Part shown: positions 1 to 9,264 of the stretch, piece by piece | Position numbering within the stretch: the first letter of the stretch is position 1 | How the letters are laid out: every line of letters begins with the position of its first letter | Source of the DNA: a bacterium | GTDB lineage: Bacteria > Cyanobacteriota > Vampirovibrionia > Gastranaerophilales > JBAXKC01 | NCBI GenBank assembly: GCA_037137535.1 | Contig: JBAXKC010000035.1 | Location: 1 to 25,614, forward strand | DNA: 25,614 bases | Direction: 5' to 3' | Notes under the pieces: generated by a model | Seen by the model: only the letters and a program-made list of their open reading frames with translations | Told to the model about the DNA's origin: nothing | Databases searched by the model: none | Translations under genes and position numbers: made by a program

Positions 1-53
1 TACATAGGAGTCACTAAGTTTTAAATAGGGGGATTTTTTGGGGGCATGTCAGT
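1..53 (-). mobile_element. Terminal fragment of a repeated element, probably an IS3-family IS end (reads TGACATGCCCCCAAAAAATCCCCC... outward from base 51)
   Basis: 1-53 is the exact reverse complement of 25560-25612. It begins 5'-TG followed by ACATGCCCCC, like the TGACCTGCCCC ends of IS3-family (IS407-group) elements. Its TGA is the stop of the tail fibre ORF. No transposase lies inside the window. Confidence 0.7.
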
Positions 54-1356
54 TTCCTCCTGCCCCTATTCGGACTCGTCCTGAAAGATTGGGTAATCTG
101 ATTAAAGAATGCTCGGCGTTTCCCCATTGATAAAGTTTAGTTTGAGTAATTCCAAATTCATCAATATCATTACTTGCAACGATTTTATTTTTAAAATCAA
201 CATATTCTACAGCCGAAATTAATTGTCCTTGTGCAAAAACTGCACCCATAGGAGGTGTTGATAAGCCCCAATCAAAGATAGAGCCAATCGACGGACAGTT
301 GTAAATATCTCTGCCGATGTATTGAGGCTCAGATATATCAAGACTAAAGTAATTATTATTAGTTTTTAAAACCGCTTGAGCTATGTCGTAAGCAGGTTTT
401 ACCTTTGTAACTTTACCTGCAACAGTATTTGATAAAAAGTAATACTCGCCTGATACAAGAGCATTTCCTGCTGAATCAGTGATAATATCAAAATCACCTA
501 TTACATAGGCATCAAAAGTATTATTATCAACTTTAACCGCAAAATGAGTTGCAGTTGTTGATGGAGCGGTTGCAATTGCTTTTTTCCAAAAATTAGAATC
601 GCAATAAATAAAATCTTTATCAAAACCATGATTATTTTGAATTATTCGCCTTTTTTGCTTCCCTGTAATATCTTCCCAGCCTGTATTTCCAGTTGCTGTG
701 CTTTTCATATAAAGGTTTTTATTTGCTGTATCTTCATACAATTGCCCGATAATAGTTGATGTTACAACATTTTCAGGAGAACCGGAGCCTTTTAAAATTA
801 AGTTATTCCATTTATCTTTTTCAATATCGGTTACAAACCTGTGAGTTGTATCTTGTGTAATCATTGGCGCAGGATGAGTTTCAGGGTGGGTATATTTATA
901 TAATTCTATTTGTTCATTAACAAAATTTTGTGATGCCATTGAAATATTTGGGTCTATGGAAATATTAAAAACAGTAGAGTTTGAAACAACAAGATATTCT
1001 TTAATATACAGGTCAATTAAAGCTCCTGTTTGCGGATTAATTTTATCAATAAATGGATATTTTTTAACTGCAATCATAGTTCCTGTATTATCAAAAATCC
1101 CCATTTCCCTTATTTGATAGCCATAATCAGAGGCAGGAAGAAAGGATTCAAGAACTAATTTATTTTCTGAATCAATGCTTTTACTGCTGATATTTATTCT
1201 TTTAACTTCGTGAACTAAGGCTGTTTGATTAGCTGAGGGCTGATAAGAAGCATCGCCGAAAGCTATTTGAGAAATGTTTATTTGCGTGCCAAGAGCAATG
1301 GCTTGAGCTATTTTAGCTTGCCCTGCTGTTGTTAAAATTAAAGTATAATCAGACAT
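49..1356 (-). pseudogene. Tail fibre protein (P2 gpH/DUF3751-like N-terminus), C-terminally truncated by the repeat
   Basis: N-terminus has LTTAGQAKIA...IREMGIFD, typical of baseplate-anchoring fibre domains. It ends in a tail-collar-like motif (PSIGSIFDW...RLPNLSGRVRIGAG) immediately before a stop supplied by the repeat. Probable start is ATG 1356 (GGAG upstream, overlapping the gpI end) rather than 1404. Confidence 0.8.
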
Positions 1357-1876
1357 AAATGGGTTCTCCACTGATACATAAGGCGATAATACTGCATCCG
1401 CCAATTATTGGTGTGTTAGTTATTACAGGTAAATCAAGTTCTAAGTTTTCAAGAACGGATCTTACATTTTTATACTCATCTACATAATTTGAAATTTTTT
1501 CGCTTAAATTTTCTTGATATGTTTGGCTAAGGGAGGTTAGTTTTAATTTAAAATGAAAAGCTCTTCCTCCGTATTCAAACCATTCTTTAAGTTCTACGTT
1601 AAAGCCGAGTGATTCAAGAGCAGTTATAACGCTCTTTTTAGTGCCTTTGTATTTATGATTTTTTATGGCATTTTTAATAAGATTTCTTTTTTCATAATCG
1701 GTTGTAACCATATTCCACCCTTCATTTCCTAAGATATGAAACTGGTCGGCAAGATGGATAAGAGCTGATTGTTCTGTGTTATCAACTAAATAAACAAGCA
1801 AGGGAGTTAAATCAATTGAGCCTATTTTGTCTATTAGTGCCATTATTGGGGAATTATTAATTGGGGAATCAAACAT
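1349..1876 (-). CDS. Phage tail/baseplate protein I (P2 gpI-like)
   Basis: HKYKGT...ALE, EWFEYGG and KNVRS motifs; lies between baseplate J and the fibre. Confidence 0.85.
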   Translation of the reverse strand: MFDSPINNSPIMALIDKIGSIDLTPLLVYLVDNTEQSALIHLADQFHILGNEGWNMVTTDYEKRNLIKNAIKNHKYKGTKKSVITALESLGFNVELKEWFEYGGRAFHFKLKLTSLSQTYQENLSEKISNYVDEYKNVRSVLENLELDLPVITNTPIIGGCSIIALCISGEPIYV

Positions 1877-3104
1877 TTATCACCACCGATGTGCAGTTTG
1901 CCCATTCATAAGGAGCCAATGCTTTATAGCTTGGGGAAATAAGATTTGCGTTATACACTCCGTTTACGGATAAAATTAGAGAAGAGATTTTAGCAGGCAC
2001 AATATCCTGAGCAAGTTTTGATTTTAGCGTTTGGACATAATTATTTAGTATTGAATTAATTTCAGCTTTTACAATAATAGAATCAGCCCAGGAAAAGAGC
2101 GTTACTTCAGCGTTTATACCGTAACTAACTTCTTGTGGAGATTTAATTATTACGTTATCGGTTAGCGGTCTTTTTGTTTCATCATTTAGTGCTGATTTAA
2201 CCATATCGAGAATTGCAGGAGTCGGATTTCTTGCAAGCGGATAAATCTCAACTGTCCCGGCTGGGGGAATAGTTACTTCGATATTTGAAACATTTTCACT
2301 AAAGGCAAGGGTTGCTTTTCCGTTTATGTAATCAATAGAGCCTGATGATATTTTTGCTCCGGTGAAAGTGTTGTTTTTATCTGCGGTGACTGAGTAACTA
2401 ACGCCATTTACTTTATAGCTTACAGTTGCAGGTAATTGCGGTGAAATAACGGCAACATCAATGATATCTTGATGAGCTGATTTTGTTAAAAACTCATAAG
2501 CTCCTTTACTTCCAGCGTTTGAATATTTTTCGGGAGCTTGTTTTATTCTTAATCTGTAAGTATCGTCGTCTTCTTCATCAGCCCCACCTGCTGTTATAAC
2601 TGTATTTTCAAGCTTTACTCCATCAGTTTCTGAGTTTAATGACAGATAACCATTTCCGATTATTCCTGCTTCTAAACATTCTGCAGATACTTCATCCGAA
2701 AACAAAGAGCCTGATTTAATTACAAGATTTTCAAGTAAACTAAATCCTGTTTTGCCGTCTATTACTGTACCAGCAGGTATTTCAATATCATAATCTTTAG
2801 TTTCAGTTATTGAAGCTTTAATTTTTGTTTTGGCTTTTTGGGCTTTAAGCCTTTCTACTCCAACGAGTTCACCCAAATAATCAAGCATAGGAAATGTAGC
2901 AAAATTAACAAGATTTTGTTTAGCTGCTTCTTGAATACCGATGCGGAGCAGGTTTTCTCTGTAAACTCCTACGTCAATAATAATTCGCTCTACTTGAGCA
3001 GGGTAAAGAGTTTTCCCTGTTTTTTCTTCGTAAAGAGCAATCCACTCTTGAGTAATTTTGTTTGCATCTCTGTCTATAAAGTTTGGTTCAGGCAGGTTAT
3101 TCAT
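1869..3104 (-). CDS. Baseplate wedge protein J (P2 gpJ / Mu gp47-like)
   Basis: LDYLG...GVER, GGADEEDDDTYRLRI, SNAGSKGAYEF and RPLTDNV motifs; synteny. Confidence 0.9.
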   Translation of the reverse strand: MNNLPEPNFIDRDANKITQEWIALYEEKTGKTLYPAQVERIIIDVGVYRENLLRIGIQEAAKQNLVNFATFPMLDYLGELVGVERLKAQKAKTKIKASITETKDYDIEIPAGTVIDGKTGFSLLENLVIKSGSLFSDEVSAECLEAGIIGNGYLSLNSETDGVKLENTVITAGGADEEDDDTYRLRIKQAPEKYSNAGSKGAYEFLTKSAHQDIIDVAVISPQLPATVSYKVNGVSYSVTADKNNTFTGAKISSGSIDYINGKATLAFSENVSNIEVTIPPAGTVEIYPLARNPTPAILDMVKSALNDETKRPLTDNVIIKSPQEVSYGINAEVTLFSWADSIIVKAEINSILNNYVQTLKSKLAQDIVPAKISSLILSVNGVYNANLISPSYKALAPYEWANCTSVVINV

Positions 3105-3460
3105 AAAATCAGCTCCAATTTCCCTGAAATATCTGTATTTTTGATTTTTCTTCCGATGTTAATTTTTACCTGTGAATTAATAATTTCTGCTGTAACAGAA
3201 GTTATTTCTACTCTTGGCTCCCATAATGCAATTGAATCAATAACTTCTCTGATGATATTAGGAACTGCTTCATTAACCGGAGAGTCTATATATTGCCAAA
3301 TATAAGAGCCAAATTCGGGGCGATGTGGGACTGAGCCTTTTTTAGTTGAGAGAATTATTAATATGCATTGGTCAATATCGTCTATTCCTTCAACTACAGA
3401 GGCTGTTTCATTGAGTTTTAACTGCCAATCGACAGATTTTATTTCATTTATGGTAGTCAT
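3101..3460 (-). CDS. Baseplate protein W / gp25 family
   Basis: ILSTKKGSVPHRPEFGS and WEPRVEI are hallmark GPW_gp25 motifs. Confidence 0.9.
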   Translation of the reverse strand: MTTINEIKSVDWQLKLNETASVVEGIDDIDQCILIILSTKKGSVPHRPEFGSYIWQYIDSPVNEAVPNIIREVIDSIALWEPRVEITSVTAEIINSQVKINIGRKIKNTDISGKLELIL

Positions 3461-4005
3461 TATTCCATAGCCTGATTAGGTTTTAAGGTTACTGAATTAG
3501 TTTCATTATGAGTATGCTTGTTAAACGTCCCTCTAATTTGTTGCATACTTCCTGTGTGGTCGATTATTTCGCCTTCAGATAAAACGCCTGCGGAGTTAAA
3601 AAACGTTCCTGTGTGGTTAATAATTCCTTGTATATTAATATTTGGACAAATGATGTTCAAGACGTGTTCAAGCCTGTCATACTCAAGTTCTGTAGAGTCA
3701 TTAAATTTTATTTTAAATTTATCTTTAGAAATAACGGGGCAGGTGTCTTGCTCTGAGTAAATAGCACCGAGTATTACGCCGTCTTCCAAGTTCTCATCCA
3801 TAAGGCAGGCAACGTGTTCGCCGATATCAGGTAGAAAATAGAATTTATCTTTGTAGGTTTTAGCTTGCAAAACAGGAAGCCAAAAGGATGGAATTCCGTC
3901 TGCATCTTGAAATTTAACAATTGCCGCCGCTTTTTTTTCATCAATTTCAGTTACTATGCCAAACTTGAGTTGGCTAGCCGGCAGTTTAGAGCCATTTTTT
4001 AACAT
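3460..4005 (-). CDS. Baseplate central spike V (P2 gpV / Mu gp45-like)
   Basis: OB-fold-like start (GIVTEID, WLPV, PDIGEHV, GVILGAIYS) and C-terminal HTH metal-binding HxH tip motif. Confidence 0.9.
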   Translation of the reverse strand: MLKNGSKLPASQLKFGIVTEIDEKKAAAIVKFQDADGIPSFWLPVLQAKTYKDKFYFLPDIGEHVACLMDENLEDGVILGAIYSEQDTCPVISKDKFKIKFNDSTELEYDRLEHVLNIICPNINIQGIINHTGTFFNSAGVLSEGEIIDHTGSMQQIRGTFNKHTHNETNSVTLKPNQAME

Positions 4006-4955
4006 TTTTCTATCTCCAATTCCGTTTTGTATCCTGACATCCTGTCTATTGCGTGTTTAGAGCTTTTTATGTGATATTTTCCGCTCAGATGATAAAGTCC
4101 TTTGAGTTCAATGTTTAAGCCTGCAACAAGGTATGGAGTTCCTATAATTGTGATTGTTCCTTCAACGGGAGCATTTTTATTCATAGCTGCCTGAGCTTTA
4201 AGCTTTGCCTGTTGTGAGTTTTCACATCTTGAATTTATTTTAATAGCGTCAGCTTTTACGCTGTTGCCTTTAACCGTAGAAGATACAATCTTTTTGCGTT
4301 TAGGGTCGTGGTAAACGACTTCGCAGGCTGAGTATTGCGATTTATCTTTTATTGAGTAGGATATTAAATCCTGTTTATTAATAATTACTGTTGAAATGGC
4401 ACTTTTAAGTTTGGCTGTTTCATAGAAAGTAAGTTTATTATCAGAGATTTTAAAAATATATCCGTATTCTTCAGCTAAGTTTTTAAGAAAATCCAGATCA
4501 CGTTTTTTATGCTGAGTAATTCTCTCTATTTTTATATCCTGAATACTGCCGACAAGCGTTAGTTTGTGTTTATCGGCTATTTCTTGGGCTATTTGTTTTA
4601 GCGTTTTATTAGAGTAAGCTGCGGAATTTGTTTGCCTAAGAGCTTTTTTAATATTAGCTGCAAGAGCTTTTATGGTTATTGTGTCAGGTGGGGCGTGGAA
4701 TTCCAATTCATCAATTTCAAAACTTCCGCAGTTTAAAAGCTTTTCACCTATATATCCTATATTAAGCTTTAGCGTATCCCCTTTACTTGGATACCATTGA
4801 CTTTTCCAGAGATTATCTTTATCTTCGACTTGAATTTCTATTTCATCACTTTGCCCATGTTCAAAGTCGGTATAAGAAACTGAAATGATATTTGGCGAAA
4901 TATTGGCGGTGATGTCCTTGTTTTCATATTCAATTTTAAAAATCGGTGTCAGCAT
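3999..4955 (-). CDS. Baseplate hub / late control protein D (P2 gpD-like)
   Basis: DFEHGQSDEIEI, GSFEIDELE, TQHKKRDLDFL and GKYHIKSSKH motifs; synteny. Confidence 0.85.
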   Translation of the reverse strand: MLTPIFKIEYENKDITANISPNIISVSYTDFEHGQSDEIEIQVEDKDNLWKSQWYPSKGDTLKLNIGYIGEKLLNCGSFEIDELEFHAPPDTITIKALAANIKKALRQTNSAAYSNKTLKQIAQEIADKHKLTLVGSIQDIKIERITQHKKRDLDFLKNLAEEYGYIFKISDNKLTFYETAKLKSAISTVIINKQDLISYSIKDKSQYSACEVVYHDPKRKKIVSSTVKGNSVKADAIKINSRCENSQQAKLKAQAAMNKNAPVEGTITIIGTPYLVAGLNIELKGLYHLSGKYHIKSSKHAIDRMSGYKTELEIEKC

Positions 4956-5167
4956 TAATTTCTCCAGGGCGGCAAAATAAACTCTATTTCTTCTTTATCT
5001 TCTAAAATAGGGATTTGAAGATTTATTCCTGCAGGTAGCGTTGGTGCTATTGAAATATCGGGATTTGCTTTAATAATTGGCTCATAGAGAGTTGCATCGG
5101 CGTAGAACTCGTAGGCTATTAAATCCCAGCGGTCACCGTCTTTAGTGATGTATTCATAAAATTCCAT
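4955..5167 (-). CDS. Tail protein X (P2 gpX, LysM-like)
   Basis: YITKDGDRWDLIAYEFY...IIKANP and C-terminal LPPW. Confidence 0.9.
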   Translation of the reverse strand: MEFYEYITKDGDRWDLIAYEFYADATLYEPIIKANPDISIAPTLPAGINLQIPILEDKEEIEFILPPWRN

Positions 5168-5643
5168 TATTGCCTCACTATTTGTTTTGGGGTTTTAGCG
5201 GCTTTATTACTACTTTTAACTGCTTGTTTTTTCTTAACGGTTTGTTTTTTTGTTTTCTTTTTTATTTGTAAATTATTCCATTCTTTCAGCCTGACTTGAG
5301 TTTCGATTGAAATTAAATTGCCAAGATTGTCCGATTGTTGAGTTGTTGAAGAGAGTTCAATAATTACAAATTTACCGATATATTTGCCGTTGCCTAATAT
5401 GAAAGGATATTCTTGGTGAGTAGAAGCTAAATCTTTGAGTTTTTTTAGTTCTGCTTCCGGGTAACAAAAAGAGGAGTGGAAATTTAATTTAATATTTATT
5501 TCATCAAGCTCATCGCCTATGAATTGGAGCTTTGGCTTAGATTCTATCGTCTGATGCTCGGCGAAGGTGTATCTTTTGCTCTCATCAAGGGCGTTAAAAT
5601 ATGTTATTAGATTAAATTGAATAGTTCCTAATTGTGCAAACAT
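5167..5643 (-). CDS. Tail tube initiator (P2 gpU-like)
   Basis: MFAQLG.IQF, FAEH, KPKLQFIG, LGNGKYIGKFVI; follows the tape measure gene. Confidence 0.85.
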   Translation of the reverse strand: MFAQLGTIQFNLITYFNALDESKRYTFAEHQTIESKPKLQFIGDELDEINIKLNFHSSFCYPEAELKKLKDLASTHQEYPFILGNGKYIGKFVIIELSSTTQQSDNLGNLISIETQVRLKEWNNLQIKKKTKKQTVKKKQAVKSSNKAAKTPKQIVRQ

Positions 5644-5655
5644 CTTTTAAATTCC

Positions 5656-8196
5656 TTAATATGCAAGTCTTGCCTGTTTTTGCTGTGAGTTTTTAATGAT
5701 TTTTTCTATTTCACCTTTATGCTGGTGTAACATTTTGGCAAAATCTTCTTTGGCTGTTGGGCTTGCATTGTTTATAGAGATATTCGGGTTGTAATGAATT
5801 GCAATACTTCCGCCATTATTATTACCGTTCATAGATATTTTTTTAGGCTTAAAGTTAAGAGCTTTATTCATCGCAGTATTTAATGGAGCTGGTTTTAGGG
5901 TTGCGGCAATAGTTTCAATGAGTTTGACCTTGTGCAAATCTTTAAGCGGACCGATTTTAGCAGGGGAATGGGGGAGATGGTCTCTGATAAGTTGAGCGTG
6001 TTTGCCGATTGCTTTTTGGGTTTGCCCTGTTTTTGAAAGCATCCCGAAAGACAGAAAATCAGCGATTTTAGCACCAAGTTGAAACATTTTTTTAATTAAA
6101 TCAGTAACTTTTAGAATTATTTGAGCAAGAACTTTGCCAAACTTTACTCCCATCTTTTCAGCTGCACCGCCTGTATCGTTTACGGGTTGAAGGAGTTTTT
6201 TGAACCATTCCCATATTGCTTTTAACGGTGTAAGAACAGGCGATAGGGCTTTAGCTAAAGAATTAAACGCTGGTTTTAGTGGAGCGAGTCCTTCTTTTAG
6301 TCCTTTAAAGACACCTTTAAAAAATCCTGTAATCGGCTTCCAGTATTTGTAAATGAGGAATGCAGCTGCTGCTATGGCTATTGCTATCCAGCCTATGGGA
6401 GAAGTCAGAAGAGTAAGCGAAAAAGCTCTGACAGCTGTTATTGCACTTTTTATTCCTGTTAAGAAATTAGATTTTAAAGCATTGCCGATATTTTTTAGTC
6501 CAGACACCGTCAGAAAATTTGTTCTAAAATTTAGCAATTGAGTTTTAGCCAGTTCCTTCATCGCTGTTGTTGATTGAATTATTGAGTTTTTGAAATTTGT
6601 AGGAAAAGCTTTGACGTTATTAACGATATAGCTTTTCATCCTGCTATCTGCCTGCTTTATATCAATCCCAAGATTAGTCCAGAGGTTTGAATACCTTCTC
6701 ATATATGGCATAGCACCGCCAAACGTCTGGTCTGGGTTTTTAAGAAATGAAGCCGTCCAATTAAATTTCATCATTTTAGCTAAATTTATTGCGTTTGAAT
6801 TTAATATTGGAGATAAAGTTCTTGCTAAACTTAGAAATTTTCCATAGCCTGCCGATAAATTAGAAAACATCAAACAAGCTCCGCCTACAACTAGGCTAAG
6901 AGTGCCGAAAACAACTAAACCGGCACTTAATGCCAATGTGGTTAAGGCTATATTCTTTGCTAAGAGGGGGTGTTTATCTACAAATTTGCCTATATTCTCT
7001 GACATTGTATTAAAATATGTCGCAAATGCTTTGAGTTCAGGGGAGATAGTGCTACCAAACTTTGCAAAAGTATTTTCAAGAGTTCCTGTTGCCGCTTCCC
7101 ACAAGTTTTTAAAAGTTGCTGTTATTTCATTTAAACGCTTTTGTAGACTTGCCTGTTTTTCTAATGTTTGCTGAGCTTTTTGGTATCCTTTGAGTCCTTG
7201 CGATGCCATTTCTGATATGGCGGTAGCTGATTCGTCGCCGAATAGTTTTTTAATTGTGTTTAATTTGTCTTGAGAATTAAGTTTATTGAGTTTTTCAACC
7301 TGTTTTATCATATTTTCAAGACCGAGGAATTTACCGTTTTTAAAAAATTCAAGATGAATACCGGTTGCTTTTAACTGTTCATTTACTTCTTTCATTTTTT
7401 TAGTTTCAAGTTTATCGTCAAGACTTGGGATATTCAGCATTATTCCTCTAAGAGAAGTTCCAAGCTGTTCGCCTTTAATCCCTGCTTGAGATAAAGCACC
7501 TGAGAGAGCCAGAACAGATTTACTTTGATTGTATCCTGATATGCCGAGCTGTTTAAATATCGGTCCTACGTATTTTAGGGTGTAGGCAAACTCTTCCGGG
7601 GCAAGACCAAAGCCGAATTTTGCTCTTTGAATTTGGTCAATAAATTTTACAAAATCTTTTTCGGCTATGCCTAGGCTTTTAGAAAATGTTGCCGTAATAT
7701 CTGCTACGCCTTCGGGTGAAACGTTTCCAAGTAGGACTCTTAGAAAAGCAGAACCTTCAAGACCGCCGTTTGCTATTGTTTTACTTGCGATACCGAGTTC
7801 TTTTAGTCTTGCTGCCATTATTGTAAAATCTCTTGTTGTACCGGGGAGTTTCATTCCCAGTTTTTCAGTTTGCACATTTATTTTTTGAAATTGCGAATCA
7901 ATGCCTGAACTTGTCATAAAAGCTACTTTCATTCTTGTTTGGGCATCTTCAAGATCAGCGAAAGCTTCAATAGGTTTTTGCATAGCTAACCCGAGAGCAA
8001 CACCGGCTACTGTCATTCCTGCACCTGCGGAGAGAAAACCCTGCCCTATATTTTTAGCAGCTTCTGATGTTTCTTTGATTTTCTTTTGCAGGCTATCAAA
8101 TTCTTCATTTGATGTATTAACGGCATCTTTAATTACTCTCGACATTTTATCAAAGGCGATGAGGGTTAAAGATACTTTCATCATTGTGTCTAGCAT
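5656..8196 (-). CDS. Tail tape measure protein
   Basis: 846 aa, Ala/Gly/Lys-rich helical sequence; TP901-type core (AGIKGEQLGTSLR, LFGDES); hydrophobic segments; C-terminal LPHSPAKIGPL. Confidence 0.92.
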   Translation of the reverse strand: MLDTMMKVSLTLIAFDKMSRVIKDAVNTSNEEFDSLQKKIKETSEAAKNIGQGFLSAGAGMTVAGVALGLAMQKPIEAFADLEDAQTRMKVAFMTSSGIDSQFQKINVQTEKLGMKLPGTTRDFTIMAARLKELGIASKTIANGGLEGSAFLRVLLGNVSPEGVADITATFSKSLGIAEKDFVKFIDQIQRAKFGFGLAPEEFAYTLKYVGPIFKQLGISGYNQSKSVLALSGALSQAGIKGEQLGTSLRGIMLNIPSLDDKLETKKMKEVNEQLKATGIHLEFFKNGKFLGLENMIKQVEKLNKLNSQDKLNTIKKLFGDESATAISEMASQGLKGYQKAQQTLEKQASLQKRLNEITATFKNLWEAATGTLENTFAKFGSTISPELKAFATYFNTMSENIGKFVDKHPLLAKNIALTTLALSAGLVVFGTLSLVVGGACLMFSNLSAGYGKFLSLARTLSPILNSNAINLAKMMKFNWTASFLKNPDQTFGGAMPYMRRYSNLWTNLGIDIKQADSRMKSYIVNNVKAFPTNFKNSIIQSTTAMKELAKTQLLNFRTNFLTVSGLKNIGNALKSNFLTGIKSAITAVRAFSLTLLTSPIGWIAIAIAAAAFLIYKYWKPITGFFKGVFKGLKEGLAPLKPAFNSLAKALSPVLTPLKAIWEWFKKLLQPVNDTGGAAEKMGVKFGKVLAQIILKVTDLIKKMFQLGAKIADFLSFGMLSKTGQTQKAIGKHAQLIRDHLPHSPAKIGPLKDLHKVKLIETIAATLKPAPLNTAMNKALNFKPKKISMNGNNNGGSIAIHYNPNISINNASPTAKEDFAKMLHQHKGEIEKIIKNSQQKQARLAY

Positions 8197-8336
8197 ATTT
8201 CTTCCTTTGATTTAATTGCTTCTTTTACCCAGAATTCTAGTTCAGGCAGATTCATTTCTTTAATTTCACTCAATTGCCAGCCTGTTGTTTTACAAAGGTG
8301 GATTATGCACTCGGCTGTAATGATTGGAACTTTCCC
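8190..8336 (-). CDS. -1 frameshift extension of the tail assembly chaperone (gpGT / P2 E+E'-type)
   Basis: G GGA AAG slippery site at 8330-8336 opens the -1 frame ...VPIITAECIIHLCKTTGWQLSEIKEMNLPELEFWVKEAIKSKEEIC*, which stops at 8190-8192, overlapping the tape measure start. Not in the supplied ORF track. Confidence 0.8.
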   Translation of the reverse strand, partial: GKVPIITAECIIHLCKTTGWQLSEIKEMNLPELEFWVKEAIKSKEEIC

Positions 8337-8563
8337 GAAACTTCTTTTTGAAGAGCTAAAACATCTTCAAGAGGCATTTCAAGCAAGTCCTCATAAATTA
8401 ATGTTTCTCCGTTAATTTGTGCAAGTTCTGCAATAAGGGCAAAGATTATTTCATCAGAAGTTTTGGCTTTTCTTTGAGCGTTTAATAGGTCAAGACCTTT
8501 GCCTTTTCTTAAAGTAACGGGTGTTCCGCTTGGCAGGATTAGTTCTTTTGATTGTTCTAACAT
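8303..8563 (-). CDS. Tail assembly chaperone (P2 gpE / Mu gp41-like)
   Basis: 86 aa acidic protein directly upstream of the tape measure gene, with EDLLEMPLED motif, GGAG RBS and a terminal slippery site. Confidence 0.8.
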   Translation of the reverse strand: MLEQSKELILPSGTPVTLRKGKGLDLLNAQRKAKTSDEIIFALIAELAQINGETLIYEDLLEMPLEDVLALQKEVSGKFQSLQPSA

Positions 8564-8612
8564 TTTATTGTTCTCCAGTTGAATTTTGTCGTAAATATGC
8601 TACGCTTTAATT

Positions 8613-8936
8613 ATGAATAGAAAAATTATTAAATATTATGAAACTCCTGAAGGTAAGCAGCCATTTGTAGTTTGGTTAAATTCTATTAAAGATTTAAGTT
8701 TTAAAAGAAGAATACTTTTAAGATTAAACAGATTAACTGATGGTAACTTTGGAGACTGTAAATCATTAGGTAATGGATTATATGAATTCAGACTTGATTT
8801 TGGTTCCGGTTATCGAATTTATTACACAGAAGAAGATAAAGTTATCATTATTTTATTTTCTGGCGGTGATAAATCCACTCAAGTGAGAGATATTGCTAAA
8901 GCTAAAAGTTATTTAAAAGAATACAGAGGTGATTAA
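8613..8936 (+). CDS. Type II TA toxin, RelE/ParE superfamily (HI1419-like addiction module killer)
   Basis: YYETPEGKQPF..WL, GNFGDCKSLGNGLYEFRLDFGSGYRIYY and GGDKSTQ.RDI.KAK match this family; toxin-first gene order. Confidence 0.9.
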   Translation: MNRKIIKYYETPEGKQPFVVWLNSIKDLSFKRRILLRLNRLTDGNFGDCKSLGNGLYEFRLDFGSGYRIYYTEEDKVIIILFSGGDKSTQVRDIAKAKSYLKEYRGD

Positions 8937-9261
8937 TATGAAAAAAAGTGATAAATTTCAAACATTTGATAATTTTATGCTTGAATATCTTAAAGACCCT
9001 GAAGAGTCAACAGCCTATTTGGATGCGGCAATTGAAGAGTATGAAATTGACGGTGATACAAGAGCTTTAATGATTGCGATACAAAGAGTTGCTGAAGTTA
9101 AAGGCGGAATAACAGAGCTGGCAAGAAAGACTAATTTAAACAGACAAAATTTATATAGAATTTTTTCTAATCAAGTAAGTCCACGCTTTGATACTCTTTC
9201 AAGAATACTTAGGGCTTTAGGTTATACCGTTTCTTTTAAAAAGCTTGCTAATGTTTCATAA
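8929..9261 (+). CDS. Type II TA antitoxin, Cro/C1 HTH (HI1420-like addiction module antidote)
   Basis: AYLDAA..., KGGITELARKTNLNRQNLYRIFS...PRFDTL..IL.ALG; overlaps the toxin stop. Confidence 0.9.
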   Translation: MINMKKSDKFQTFDNFMLEYLKDPEESTAYLDAAIEEYEIDGDTRALMIAIQRVAEVKGGITELARKTNLNRQNLYRIFSNQVSPRFDTLSRILRALGYTVSFKKLANVS

Positions 9262-9264
9262 TAT

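Noticed and set aside
1-300. Gin/gix-type tail-fibre inversion site or DGR variable region
   Set aside because: The partner repeat lies in a glycosyltransferase gene, not an alternative fibre tip, and it introduces a stop. No invertase, reverse transcriptase or TR/VR pair is seen.
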